IMG/VR virus record: IMGVR_UViG_638275558_000001 | Coordinates: 32,001 to 96,000 of that record | Source of the DNA: a virus | Taxonomy: Duplodnaviria > Caudoviricetes | Reading direction: 5' to 3' (one strand) | DNA: 64,000 nt | Part shown: positions 9,295 through 18,663 of the stretch, piece after piece | Layout of the letters: each line of letters begins with the position of its first letter | Numbering within the stretch: position 1 is the stretch's first letter | Translations under genes and position numbers: made by a program | Notes under the pieces: generated by a model | The model's database searches: none | Told to the model about the DNA's origin: nothing | The model's input: the letters and a program-made list of their open reading frames with translations, nothing else

Positions 9295-9582
9295 ATGTAC
9301 GTTTTAAAAATTAAAAAATACAGCTTTCATACCGGATTTTACAAAATTCCGGCAAATGGTATGGTACGGGATCCTGAGAATGGGTATATTGATCTTTGTC
9401 TCAAAACGGAACTCCCGTTATGTGCTTTCTTTGTAAACTATGAGGAAGAAGATGAACCGCGCGTTTTTGTTATAAAAGAGGCTGGAAAAGATCCTCAGGA
9501 AACTATCGTAGAATTTATTGTAAGTAAAAACTTTCCCATTAATAGGAATTTCAACATAATCAAACTGATATTTGCGCCATGA
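9295..9582 (+). CDS. Small-ORF array member (MYVLKI)
   Basis: 95 aa; ends IIKLIFAP. Confidence 0.7.
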   Translation: MYVLKIKKYSFHTGFYKIPANGMVRDPENGYIDLCLKTELPLCAFFVNYEEEDEPRVFVIKEAGKDPQETIVEFIVSKNFPINRNFNIIKLIFAP

Positions 9583-9809
9583 TGGTTGTTGCCGGTAGAA
9601 ATTACAAGCTGGAATCCAGCGAAATGCTGATTCCCAACGTGGTGGTTACATCCAAAAACCGAATCTATAACGTTTCGATATGGGTTATAGACATCGGATA
9701 TTTCTATGCGGGAAATGAACGGGGGTATCTTGGATTAAGATGTGGGGTTGAAAAAACGTTTACTGGCTTTAAAATTAATGTCTATAAAACCACAAATCGC
9801 GGGAAGTGA
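9579..9809 (+). CDS. Small-ORF array member (MMVVAG)
   Basis: 76 aa; ATGA overlap with the previous ORF. Confidence 0.65.
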   Translation: MMVVAGRNYKLESSEMLIPNVVVTSKNRIYNVSIWVIDIGYFYAGNERGYLGLRCGVEKTFTGFKINVYKTTNRGK

Positions 9810-9810
9810 T

Positions 9811-10071
9811 ATGTATATGATAAGATTGAAATGCCACGATTATCCCAATACGGTCAACAGCAAAAAAATGGTTAATTACAAAATAACTCTGAAATCAGAA
9901 CACCCATCAAACACACTTACCATTCTGATAAACTGGGTTTCAACCAATATCGAAAGATATGGCAACCATATTATGTTTCAGCGTCCCGGTTATTACCTGA
10001 GCGCTACGTTTTTGTTTAAAAAACATCTTTATTTCAAAGGCGGTTACCATCTACAAAGCTTTCGACTGTAA
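9811..10071 (+). CDS. Small-ORF array member (MYMIRL)
   Basis: ATG 9811 right after the previous stop. Confidence 0.7.
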   Translation: MYMIRLKCHDYPNTVNSKKMVNYKITLKSEHPSNTLTILINWVSTNIERYGNHIMFQRPGYYLSATFLFKKHLYFKGGYHLQSFRL

Positions 10072-10086
10072 AAAATGTAAACCGAT

Positions 10087-10347
10087 ATGTATCTCATAAG
10101 ACATAGTCTCAAAAATAGGGTTGCCTATCCAGAGGATCCTTACTACAAACCACCGGTTTCCACCGGCGGGAAATGGGTTACGCATCTGGGAAAGCTTTGT
10201 AAAATAGAATTTCACGCACTGGTTTTGCAGAAGGAAATGTGGGAAGAGATAAGAAGTAGGAACAAATCACTATTCAACGATCGGATTCGCAAAGTACTTT
10301 TGTACGATACTGAAGAAAACCTATTTGCCATATATAAGATAATCTGA
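10087..10347 (+). CDS. Small-ORF array member (MYLIRH)
   Basis: 86 aa. Confidence 0.7.
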   Translation: MYLIRHSLKNRVAYPEDPYYKPPVSTGGKWVTHLGKLCKIEFHALVLQKEMWEEIRSRNKSLFNDRIRKVLLYDTEENLFAIYKII

Positions 10348-10580
10348 TGTTTCTGCTTAAGACAACACCGCGCAATCACAATCCGCGTCAGGTATGGTTG
10401 AAACTACCTGACCAGAGACGGGTGTTTTTTGAGGTTTCCTACAGATTCGTAGAAATTTCACATGCGACTGGAAACCGTGTTAACAGAATTCTATTACAAC
10501 TCCTGTCGGAATATCATTTTACATTTGTAAAAAAGGCGGACTATGCTGCTGGTCAAAAACAGCCACATCGATCCCAATGA
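10347..10580 (+). CDS. Small-ORF array member (MFLLKT)
   Basis: 77 aa; TGATG coupling. Confidence 0.7.
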   Translation: MFLLKTTPRNHNPRQVWLKLPDQRRVFFEVSYRFVEISHATGNRVNRILLQLLSEYHFTFVKKADYAAGQKQPHRSQ

Positions 10581-10761
10581 TGGTGAAATGCGGCTAAAAT
10601 ACAGCCGCGTTATGGATGTTAAAATTTATCTTGGGGCGTTTGGGAAATACCCAAACCCCCGAAGGGTGTCTTATAGTCTGGCACCCTTTGATGAACTGTT
10701 TGAGTTTGCAAGCTGGATGTCACTTTTGATGATAGAAAAGCACATAAACCGGAAAAAGTAA
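10543..10761 (+). CDS. Small-ORF array member (MLLVKN)
   Basis: 72 aa. Confidence 0.65.
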   Translation: MLLVKNSHIDPNDGEMRLKYSRVMDVKIYLGAFGKYPNPRRVSYSLAPFDELFEFASWMSLLMIEKHINRKK

Positions 10762-10762
10762 T

Positions 10763-10942
10763 ATGTACGTGTTTAAAGTAAGTTATTTTATGAACGGCGA
10801 GCCGATAGGCATACGTACCCTTTCAAGGTGGGTGCAGGTTGAAATTGCCTACTGGGGTAAAGAAGGTACACGTTATAAAAGAGTTACCGGTGGGAGATTT
10901 GAGGAAAATGATTACTGGTACGAAATAGAGATAAAAAAATAG
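10763..10942 (+). CDS. Small-ORF array member (MYVFKV, 59 aa)
   Basis: Below the ORF-track cutoff; manual translation MYVFKVSYFMNGEPIG...YEIEIKK*. Confidence 0.65.
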   Translation: MYVFKVSYFMNGEPIGIRTLSRWVQVEIAYWGKEGTRYKRVTGGRFEENDYWYEIEIKK

Positions 10943-10953
10943 AATGTGTCATT

Positions 10954-11184
10954 ATGTATCTTATGAGAATGAATAAAAGTGTACCAATAACACCCATTTC
11001 CGGGAGGGGGAGTACACTGAGCGGGCATAGCGAGATTAGAATAGGAGCCGCGTGTTTTCGCGCCATGCACTGGACTTATATAATAAGTGTACACATACCG
11101 AACAATCAGTTTAGTGTTTGTTTAATGGAAAAAAGAGAATTAATAAACGTATTTTTAGACAAGCATATAAAATGTACGTATTAA
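10954..11184 (+). CDS. Small-ORF array member (MYLMRM)
   Basis: 76 aa. Confidence 0.65.
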   Translation: MYLMRMNKSVPITPISGRGSTLSGHSEIRIGAACFRAMHWTYIISVHIPNNQFSVCLMEKRELINVFLDKHIKCTY

Positions 11185-11396
11185 GTACAGGTGTTGATGA
11201 TCCACTATTTATGACCGGAACTTCTACACCGGGTGTGATCACTCCCAAAGAGGGTTTTTATACAACCCAGAAGTTTATTCGTGTGTGGTTTTTTGTACGC
11301 TACTACAGTGTTCCCCCAAAATCCCACAACGTTGTACATTTTACCAGCGCCAACCATTATAAACTTATAAAAAAATTCTATTATGTATACTATTAA
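11172..11396 (+). CDS. Small-ORF array member (MYVLST)
   Basis: ATG 11172; ends YKLIKKFYYVYY. Confidence 0.65.
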   Translation: MYVLSTGVDDPLFMTGTSTPGVITPKEGFYTTQKFIRVWFFVRYYSVPPKSHNVVHFTSANHYKLIKKFYYVYY

Positions 11397-11700
11397 ATTA
11401 AACAAAGGGGTTAAAAACAACGAATGTTTTGTGGTTGTCGGAAACGAAATTCTCTCCAATGACCCCATTGTAAACTATAATATATTTAGCAAACAGGATG
11501 ATCTGTTCGCATTTACAATTCAATACTGGCATAGCTTAAGAACACTGGGACCAGAAGGCACACCACTTGATCTGGAACTGACGTCTAATGCGATAAATCT
11601 TGGAAGGATTTATAACGAAGAAGATGAACCCTTCCCGGATTTCATTTTTGAAAAACTGATATATAAAGACTTTCAAGAAAGCTCTAAATTTGGGTGGTGA
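11383..11700 (+). CDS. Small-ORF array member (MYTIKL)
   Basis: 105 aa; FEKLIYK near C-terminus. Confidence 0.7.
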   Translation: MYTIKLNKGVKNNECFVVVGNEILSNDPIVNYNIFSKQDDLFAFTIQYWHSLRTLGPEGTPLDLELTSNAINLGRIYNEEDEPFPDFIFEKLIYKDFQESSKFGW

Positions 11701-11972
11701 TGTATATAACAATCAGAAAACAAATCGAATCGGTAGTATACGTAGAACCTGAATTGCTATATCATATGTTCGTAGAAATGCTGGGATACGATGTGGTAGT
11801 TTATACGCTATATGCCGCCCAATGTACCAAATATCCCGATAATAAAACGGGGGTGGTTAAGATGTTTAGTAAAAAGAAGGTGTTTTATGTGCTGAAGGTG
11901 ATAAAAGTGAGCAGGAAACCTTCTTTCTGGAAACGTCTTTTAGAATGGGTAAAAGCTATTATCAGGGGGTGA
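11700..11972 (+). CDS. Small-ORF array member (MYITIR)
   Basis: TGATG coupling; 90 aa. Confidence 0.7.
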   Translation: MYITIRKQIESVVYVEPELLYHMFVEMLGYDVVVYTLYAAQCTKYPDNKTGVVKMFSKKKVFYVLKVIKVSRKPSFWKRLLEWVKAIIRG

Positions 11973-11973
11973 T

Positions 11974-12141
11974 ATGTATTACCTCAAGTTGCCGGTAGCA
12001 AAGCACTCACCCTTTGATTGTATCTGGGTGTTGTTTATGATACATTACTTTCCTGTAAGTGTTTCTTTAAACACCCCGAACGCTGTATATTTTAACATCA
12101 AAAATTTTAAACTTATTAAGAGAATTTATCAAAGGTTATAA
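11974..12141 (+). CDS. Small-ORF array member (MYYLKL, 55 aa)
   Basis: Below cutoff; manual translation ends NFKLIKRIYQRL*. Confidence 0.6.
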   Translation: MYYLKLPVAKHSPFDCIWVLFMIHYFPVSVSLNTPNAVYFNIKNFKLIKRIYQRL

Positions 12142-12171
12142 TGTGGAACAATCAACTTTGGGGTGATCACA

Positions 12172-12456
12172 ATGATTGTACTTAAAACACCGATACTCAG
12201 AGTTACTTCGTGGTTAGATATTAGAACCGTTTTGTACGTTGAGGGGATTGGATTTGTTACCAGAATCCCCTGGATGTGGGATATTATCTTTGAAATTGTT
12301 TACGTTTATAATAAAATTGAGCGTAATGCTTGTTATTATACCAATTACATCAATTTCACTTTGAATCTTGATTCAGTAGGCGGTAAAGCGTTTGCTGTGT
12401 TGAAAGGGGTCGCACCAGAACAGGTTTTTTCCATTATTATGGTGGTTAGAAGATAG
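12172..12456 (+). CDS. Small-ORF array member (MIVLKT)
   Basis: ATG 12172; 94 aa. Confidence 0.65.
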   Translation: MIVLKTPILRVTSWLDIRTVLYVEGIGFVTRIPWMWDIIFEIVYVYNKIERNACYYTNYINFTLNLDSVGGKAFAVLKGVAPEQVFSIIMVVRR

Positions 12457-12465
12457 AAAGGTGTC

Positions 12466-12576
12466 ATGTTCGTATTGAAAATGCGTGTTGTCGAAAAGAT
12501 TAGAGATCATTATGTACCTTCCGACTATAGATCTTTTATACGTCTTGGTAACTATACTTGGTTCTATCTTTTTTAT
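12466..12576 (+). pseudogene. Last array member (MFVLKM), interrupted by the IS
   Basis: AT-rich array-type N-terminus switches to GC-rich IS sequence near 12577; joining to 13710 gives in-frame ...FYLFY-EYP*. Confidence 0.5.
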
Positions 12577-13709
12577 CATGACACCCATGACATACCGTTG
12601 ACACCGGCGCATAATACCTTCCCACAAACGTTTGCCGCCATGCAGACGCTCACGGTCAAATGCAAGCTGGTCCTCTCTAAGGAGCAGCGAGAAGCACTTG
12701 ACACCACCATGCGAGCGTTTGCCGCCGCGTGCAACGATGCAATCGCCGTCGGTCGAAGACTGAATACCGCGTCGAACATTCGCATCCACCGCGTCTGCTA
12801 CAGCGACCTCAGAGCAAGGCATGGTCTTACAGCCAACCTTGCCGTCCGTGCCATTGCCCGAGCAGCAGGCATTCTCAAAGTCAAGAAGCGCCAGTGCAGT
12901 ACAGTACGCCCGACAAGCATCGACTACGACGCCCGCATCTTCTCCTTCCGAGAAGCCAACAAGCGCCGTGGTCTGGAAGACGCGGCAAGGAGACTACTAC
13001 ATCGGTATCCACATTAACGTAGAGACGCCCCCACCTGAAGATGAGCACGGGTGGATTGGCGTCGACCTTGGAATCGCGAGCATTGCCACGCTGAGCGACG
13101 GCACGGTGTTCAGCGGCGACCAGATAGAGCGGGTCCGTGCTCGGTATGAAAGAACCCGCCGCTCCCTCCAGCGAAAAGGCACGAGGGGCGCAAAGCGCGT
13201 CCTGAAACGGCTCTCGGGAAGGGAGCGGCGCTTCCAGCAGGCGATCAACCACACCATCAGTCGCCGTATCGTAGACCGGGCTATCGCCGAGGGTAAGGGT
13301 GTCCGGCTCGAAGACCTCAGCGGCATTCGCAAAAGTGTGCGCGTTCGAAAATCGCAGCGCAGAAGAATCCACCGCTGGGCGTTCTATGATTTGCGCATTA
13401 AAATCGCGTACAAGTGCGCCCTTGCCGGGGTGCCCTTCGAGCTGATTGATCCCCGATATACGTCTCAGCGCTGTCCGGTCTGCGGGCATACCGAGAGGGC
13501 AAACCGCAAGAGCCAGAGCAAGTTTGTCTGCCGCTCGTGCGGATTGGAAGCGAACGCCGATGTGGTTGGCGCAATTAACATTGCACTCGGGGGCGTTGTC
13601 AACCGTCCCGAAGTAGCGCCCGATGATGTCGAAGCGGTGTTGCATGGTCAGCGCCGAACTGAGACGGAGGGCAGCTACAAGCCCACGACTGAAGTCGTGG
13701 GTAGTTGAT
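12577..13709 (+). mobile_element. IS200/IS605-family (IS1341-type, tnpB-only) element
   Basis: GC-rich island with tnpB; right-end hairpin CCCACGACT-GA-AGTCGTGGG (13682-13701) then TAGTTGAT; candidate TAM TTTAT at 12572-12576; ATGACA-17-CATAAT promoter at 12587-12615. Left boundary approximate. Confidence 0.8.
12640..13708 (+). pseudogene. tnpB: TnpB RNA-guided nuclease, frameshifted by internal deletion
   Basis: N-part MQTLTVKCKL...DARIFSFREA in one frame; C-part (GVDLG, RLEDL, TSQRCPVCG, CRSCG..NADV) in another; junction at AAGCC 12953-12957. Confidence 0.88.
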
Positions 13710-13739
13710 GAATATCCATAGCCATTTATTTAATCAAAA

Positions 13740-15158
13740 ATGCTTCTCGAAAGCCGAAAAGGAGAATTCCTACAACAGGAAATTCTTCGGTTGTATAAAA
13801 CCTATGGGGATCGTCTTCTGGTAAGATTTTCCAGCGCCGAACGCGAAACCTTCAATCCCGACGCCGACTATTTCACAACGCCTATCGGTACTTACGCCTA
13901 TCCTGTCGGTGCTATCTTCCACATTTCGGAAGACGATGTGGTGATCGATCCCGACATGTACGGGGTTTCCGAAAGAAAATATATTTATTTTTTTGTGGCA
14001 AGTAAAGATGCTTCTTGGCTTAACATATCCTCTCAACATCCGGCGTTTGAAATTCCCCTTGTTTTGTACAACCAGTTCAGAAATTATGCCGATCTCTATG
14101 ACGTTTCACTGGATGATGTTTTCCGGAATCGAAACAGTATGGAAAGCTATCTTACCTACTGGTGCTTTGCCATTGCATCCCGTGTTTTCTCCGATCTTAC
14201 AGAGACACTCAAGCAGAACTTGATGGAATTGCTTCGAAAAGATCTTCCCCGTATGCGGGGATATTATCAGGAGCTTTCAAATATTTGCAGGGAATTTGAC
14301 GTCGATGTTTCAAGATTCTATCATGCACGTAACAATCCCGAAGAATGGCTCAATTTGCTGATTGCAGAACTTCTTGACCGGCTCAACAGCGGCTTCAGAC
14401 ACATGAAATCAGCCGGGGATGTAAAGCATAAGTATTTCATGTATCCTCTGATCGTTTTTATAACATTGCTTCACAACAGGTATGCACCTTATCCGAATTC
14501 CATTGAAGCGGCTTATAATATAGGAGCCAAAAAAGACCCTGTTGTTCTGACGGGTTTCCTTCGAAAGGTGGGATATGATGGAATCTGGGATCATGGCACC
14601 GGAGCCATTCACTCCAATGAACCCGCTCAGGTGGTCTGGTGGAAACCCACTGCTGCAAGGCTGGTGAACAAAATGGATAACCCTCTTTATGTTTCGCCTT
14701 CCTCCATAGGATTCGGTTATCTTGCGTTTGCCGATGAAGGGGTTGCACCCTCCAATGAAAAACAGAAAAAATATTTATGGAATCTGATTTTAAGTGGTAA
14801 AATGGATGAGTTTATTGAAATCATGGATATGATCATGTACCGTAAGTATCTTGCAGCGCTTTTCAACGCGTTTTTGAATGAAAGACGGGTGGCTCTCAAA
14901 CACGCTATCGGATTCAAGGCATTCAAGGAATATCTCAAGCAAAATGCAGAGGAAATCAGAAACTTTTTCAGAGTGAGCAGCAATGCGCCGGTGCAGCTTG
15001 TATGGGACCGGTTCAGAAAAGCATTCAGAATTTCTGAATTACTTCGAAACTACGAAGAATTGATTGACCGGCACCCTTATGAGGTGGATGATTTTGCCCA
15101 CAAGCTTCTTGGTAATTTTAACTTTTTGAAAGAACTGATTAAGCCCACCAGACTATAA
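13740..15158 (+). CDS. Putative ADP-ribosyltransferase-fold protein (paralog of 3631..5496)
   Basis: VRFS...FNPDADYFTTPIGTYAYP and GYDGIWDHGTGAIHSNEPAQVVWWKP; TATTTAAT 5 nt before ATG. Confidence 0.6.
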   Translation: MLLESRKGEFLQQEILRLYKTYGDRLLVRFSSAERETFNPDADYFTTPIGTYAYPVGAIFHISEDDVVIDPDMYGVSERKYIYFFVASKDASWLNISSQHPAFEIPLVLYNQFRNYADLYDVSLDDVFRNRNSMESYLTYWCFAIASRVFSDLTETLKQNLMELLRKDLPRMRGYYQELSNICREFDVDVSRFYHARNNPEEWLNLLIAELLDRLNSGFRHMKSAGDVKHKYFMYPLIVFITLLHNRYAPYPNSIEAAYNIGAKKDPVVLTGFLRKVGYDGIWDHGTGAIHSNEPAQVVWWKPTAARLVNKMDNPLYVSPSSIGFGYLAFADEGVAPSNEKQKKYLWNLILSGKMDEFIEIMDMIMYRKYLAALFNAFLNERRVALKHAIGFKAFKEYLKQNAEEIRNFFRVSSNAPVQLVWDRFRKAFRISELLRNYEELIDRHPYEVDDFAHKLLGNFNFLKELIKPTRL

Positions 15159-15210
15159 AACGCAAAATAATTAAAAAAATGAAAGTTAATTAAAATAAAA
15201 GGAGGTCAAA

Positions 15211-15791
15211 ATGAAGAGGTTGACAAAAGAACAGTTTATTAACAATTTTCACGAGCCCAACTCGCTGCATTTGTTCCCATCTATAGAGGATTTCATTAAC
15301 CCTCGACAAGGAGATATTACTCAATCCTACTGTTATGTATTACCTGTTCAGGATTTAAAAATCGACAACAAAATGGGCATACCGGTAAATTTTGATTTAT
15401 CACAGGCTTTAAATAAGATGATAGGTTCTAAAGGTGAGTTGAACAAAAATTTGATCAAACAAAAAAACTCGGCACTTAAGGAATTAAAAAATATATTACA
15501 GAAGTTTCACAAAATTTTACAATCATTAAAATCTAATTTTAATGAAGGGATAGCACTGGTTTTTCATTCCTTTTTTTTTATGAAAAAGTGCACTCCTTTG
15601 ATCATGCTCGCGCATCGTATGATTATGTAAAAAGCAACCCCAAAAGTGTTTTAGAGCCACTCAATGAAGCATTAAAATACGATGAAGAAATCGTCGAGGA
15701 AGCTATTAGAGAAACAGTATCAGATTATCTGGAAAGTGGAGACTGGTATGATATGATTGAAAATGCAGTCGAAAAGTATTTGAGGGGTTAA
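15211..15791 (+). pseudogene. Paralog of 18664..20244 N-terminus, split at a T9 run
   Basis: LTKEQFINNFH...CYVLPV...GIP...GIALVF matches the paralog; frame changes at T9 (15571-15579); one extra T fuses it with ORF 15588..15791. Confidence 0.6.
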
Positions 15792-15804
15792 TTAAAAGAA
15801 AACC

Positions 15805-17211
15805 ATGCTTGATCAGCTTCTTTCTCTTTCCGGGCTTTACTTTGATCAACAGCTTTTTGCGGGTTCACCGGGAGAGTTGTTTTTGCGGTTGGTGGCGGAA
15901 GCACTCGATGAAGCGGAGTTCAATGTAAGGAGTCTGCAGAACCGAAGCTATCCGCTGACTGTAGAGAATACTGATGATCTGCTGAGACTGGCACACCTGA
16001 ACGGTGTAAGTATTACCCCCTACGTTCAGGGAATTGTCAAAGCAGAACTTCTTGTTACTTTCCCCATTTCGGTTACCACATCTGTTCCTGACTTGACAAC
16101 ACATGCACCGGAAATTCTCTACATGGATATTCTTGCCGATACGGATTATTTCTATCTGGATTATACCGATTTCCGCCAGACCGATACCCGTATCATTACC
16201 ACCAGCACCAATCTTATCTACTCAAGAGACGTAGTCTTTCGTCATGGTAGGGTTGAGCGGAGAAGCTATCCGGTAAGTCAGACGATCCCCTTCATGATGT
16301 TAGAACTTGAGGAAGATGTGGTGGATGTTAAGAACGTTTTCGTGGAATACCCTGATGGAAGGCTGGTCAAGTTTTACCGCTCACGTAATCTTCATGAAAA
16401 TCTGGTGGTTGAAAATGCGGTAATTTACAACACCCGCCACATTTACGACGTGGTGTTTTCCTCGGGGAGAGTGCATTTGCTTTTCGGTAGAAAGATTTCT
16501 CTGGAAGACCCGATTTCACATACCGGCTATACTTTTCCCGCCGGAAGCACCATATATGTCGACACGGTTGCAATCGATCCGACTACCCTGAACAGCTTCA
16601 TTCCGGAACTTGAAGCAGATATCAAAACCGTTAAGATCAACAACCGTATTGGGGCAACCCCTCAGATTCAGGTGCTCACCGAAGGTGGATACACTTCCCG
16701 TCTTAAAGACATCGAATATCTCAAACGGGAACTGCTTGTCGCTCTTCAGAAAGACGAACTGGAAAGAGAAATCGCAAAATATTTCGATAAATACAGATTC
16801 GTTCGAGAAGATGATATTGTCTATGTGGAAGGAGCCATATACCGCAACGGTAGATTCACCTTCCACGAAGCCGATCGATTCTATATGCAGAAAGTGGTTT
16901 CCACCTACAACCGCAACATGATCGTCAGGAAAATTCCGATCACCCCCCTCAAGATCATCATTCGCGCTTCCAACATTCTGAACCCCGGAGAACTGATCAC
17001 TTTCGTAAAAGATTATATCAGAAAACTTCCGATCGGTGGAACGTGGATCACAAATGAACTTGTGGGGTTAATAAAAGAAAAATTCAATGTCGTATGTGTG
17101 CTGGAAATTTATTTTGGAGAAACTTATGCCCGAAAGGTTTCGGAAGATATTATCATCTACGACGGCGTACTCGACGTTGAAAGTGTAGAAGTCAAACCCG
17201 TACTGGTTTGA
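15805..17211 (+). CDS. Baseplate wedge protein (gp6-like)
   Basis: LLRLAHLNG N-terminal motif and V.LLFG segment typical of gp6/J-like wedge proteins. Confidence 0.65.
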   Translation: MLDQLLSLSGLYFDQQLFAGSPGELFLRLVAEALDEAEFNVRSLQNRSYPLTVENTDDLLRLAHLNGVSITPYVQGIVKAELLVTFPISVTTSVPDLTTHAPEILYMDILADTDYFYLDYTDFRQTDTRIITTSTNLIYSRDVVFRHGRVERRSYPVSQTIPFMMLELEEDVVDVKNVFVEYPDGRLVKFYRSRNLHENLVVENAVIYNTRHIYDVVFSSGRVHLLFGRKISLEDPISHTGYTFPAGSTIYVDTVAIDPTTLNSFIPELEADIKTVKINNRIGATPQIQVLTEGGYTSRLKDIEYLKRELLVALQKDELEREIAKYFDKYRFVREDDIVYVEGAIYRNGRFTFHEADRFYMQKVVSTYNRNMIVRKIPITPLKIIIRASNILNPGELITFVKDYIRKLPIGGTWITNELVGLIKEKFNVVCVLEIYFGETYARKVSEDIIIYDGVLDVESVEVKPVLV

Positions 17212-17591
17212 TGGGGCGCTATGCAAAAACCAAGGGAAGGAAATTTCAGAACTTTGTAAAATCGCTGCTTGAATCCACCTTCAAAAATTGGAGCTTCAAG
17301 ACAGCAATCATGGGCGAATCAGGTTCAGATGTCAAGATATTTCCGGAGCAGATTTTTTCGGTTGAAGTAAAACACCACAAAAACGGATTGATCAGAAAGG
17401 ATGATATGCCTTCTGAAACCGTACTCAAGCAAGCACGCGAGCTTATCCGTAAGGAAAACAGTCATTTCTGTTTGATCGTTTTGAAGGAGAATTACAAAAC
17501 CCCACAATATTTTGTGCTTTATCGAAACGGAAAGCTGAGAAAGCTGGAAGATATATCGGAGCTTAAGGAAATTGTAAAAAGATATAAATGA
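17211..17591 (+). CDS. PD-(D/E)xK nuclease, Holliday-junction-resolvase-like
   Basis: AKTKGRKFQ...GESGSDV...SVEVKH. Confidence 0.75.
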   Translation: MGRYAKTKGRKFQNFVKSLLESTFKNWSFKTAIMGESGSDVKIFPEQIFSVEVKHHKNGLIRKDDMPSETVLKQARELIRKENSHFCLIVLKENYKTPQYFVLYRNGKLRKLEDISELKEIVKRYK

Positions 17592-17594
17592 TAG

Positions 17595-18578
17595 TTACTT
17601 TGAGAGAAAGACCGTATTGGAGATATATTTACCTGTTGAAAATTCCATAGCGGCGCTTAAGCAAAAACTGGCAAGGTTAGCCGCTGCAAACGAAACCGCA
17701 GGTGGAACGCCTGGACCCCCCATTTTGCTGAACTCCTGAGCAAACTTGCGCATCATCTTCGTCATGAAAGAATTGAAAGATTTTCCAAGAAGCGCATTTT
17801 CGGTAGCGCTACTGGTATTGCCTATATAAACCCTGTCTCCATGTAGATACATCCGTTCGGTGGAAATCCTCACCTTTCTCTCCGCACCCATTAGCAATTC
17901 TTCCTGCATGGCAAGGTGCAATTTTTTTGCAGCCACAAGGATTCGCTCACGTTGCAGCAGGTGCAGTGAATCCGATCTTATTTTAACAACGTAACCGCCA
18001 CTTTCTTCATCCACCGACTCATTCTTGAAAGATATTTTATATGATTTCAGATTTACCTGATCGCCGTCTATTTTACCATAGATTCCATACGGGGATTTAT
18101 CTTCGTCGACAGAAGTGGTTAAATCGTCAGAGACTTCATCACTGTACTTTCCAAGAAACAGATTTCCCTCTTCGTCAAACCATAGCGCCTGCATTCCCTT
18201 TCCGTTGAGAAAATATTCACCCGGAAACGATCTTATCCGTGCCCGTTTCAATTGATTAATCGTAACACCACTTTCATTGTCGTTGGTGGTTTGAAGGTAG
18301 TTTGACATGTTGACGGGGAAGGGGAAATACCAGAGCCTTCCATTGATTTCCACATAAGCAAGGAGATCACCCACCTCAGGATAAAATCCTATGTGCACGA
18401 AAAATGGATAGGCTACACCAATCACTTCTTCAGAAATGTCTTTGATTCTGACCGCCATGTATCTTTCGGGAGTATCGACATCATCTACTTCCAGTACCAA
18501 TCCGAATTTTACCGGAGATGAAAAGAAAGATATTTTGCTGCTTTTGTTAGAAAAGAATTCCTGAGTGTTGAACCCCAT
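17595..18578 (-). CDS. Baseplate spike/hub protein (gp5 OB-fold-like)
   Basis: AYP...YPEVGDL; beta-repeat region; GDRVYIG...ENALLG C-terminal spike-type motif. Confidence 0.6.
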   Translation of the reverse strand: MGFNTQEFFSNKSSKISFFSSPVKFGLVLEVDDVDTPERYMAVRIKDISEEVIGVAYPFFVHIGFYPEVGDLLAYVEINGRLWYFPFPVNMSNYLQTTNDNESGVTINQLKRARIRSFPGEYFLNGKGMQALWFDEEGNLFLGKYSDEVSDDLTTSVDEDKSPYGIYGKIDGDQVNLKSYKISFKNESVDEESGGYVVKIRSDSLHLLQRERILVAAKKLHLAMQEELLMGAERKVRISTERMYLHGDRVYIGNTSSATENALLGKSFNSFMTKMMRKFAQEFSKMGGPGVPPAVSFAAANLASFCLSAAMEFSTGKYISNTVFLSK

Positions 18579-18663
18579 TTTTTATTTTATTTTTGTTAGT
18601 TAAACATATAAACTATATAGTTTTCTTTTAAATAAAACACCAAATGATTTTTAACACTTCATA

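Noticed and set aside
8108-12576. Integron-like cassette array
   Set aside because: ORFs overlap or abut, with no attC-like or other DNA repeats between them and no integrase.
12466-13017. 183-aa ORF as one real gene
   Set aside because: Chimera of the array gene, IS left end and TnpB N-terminus read in one frame.
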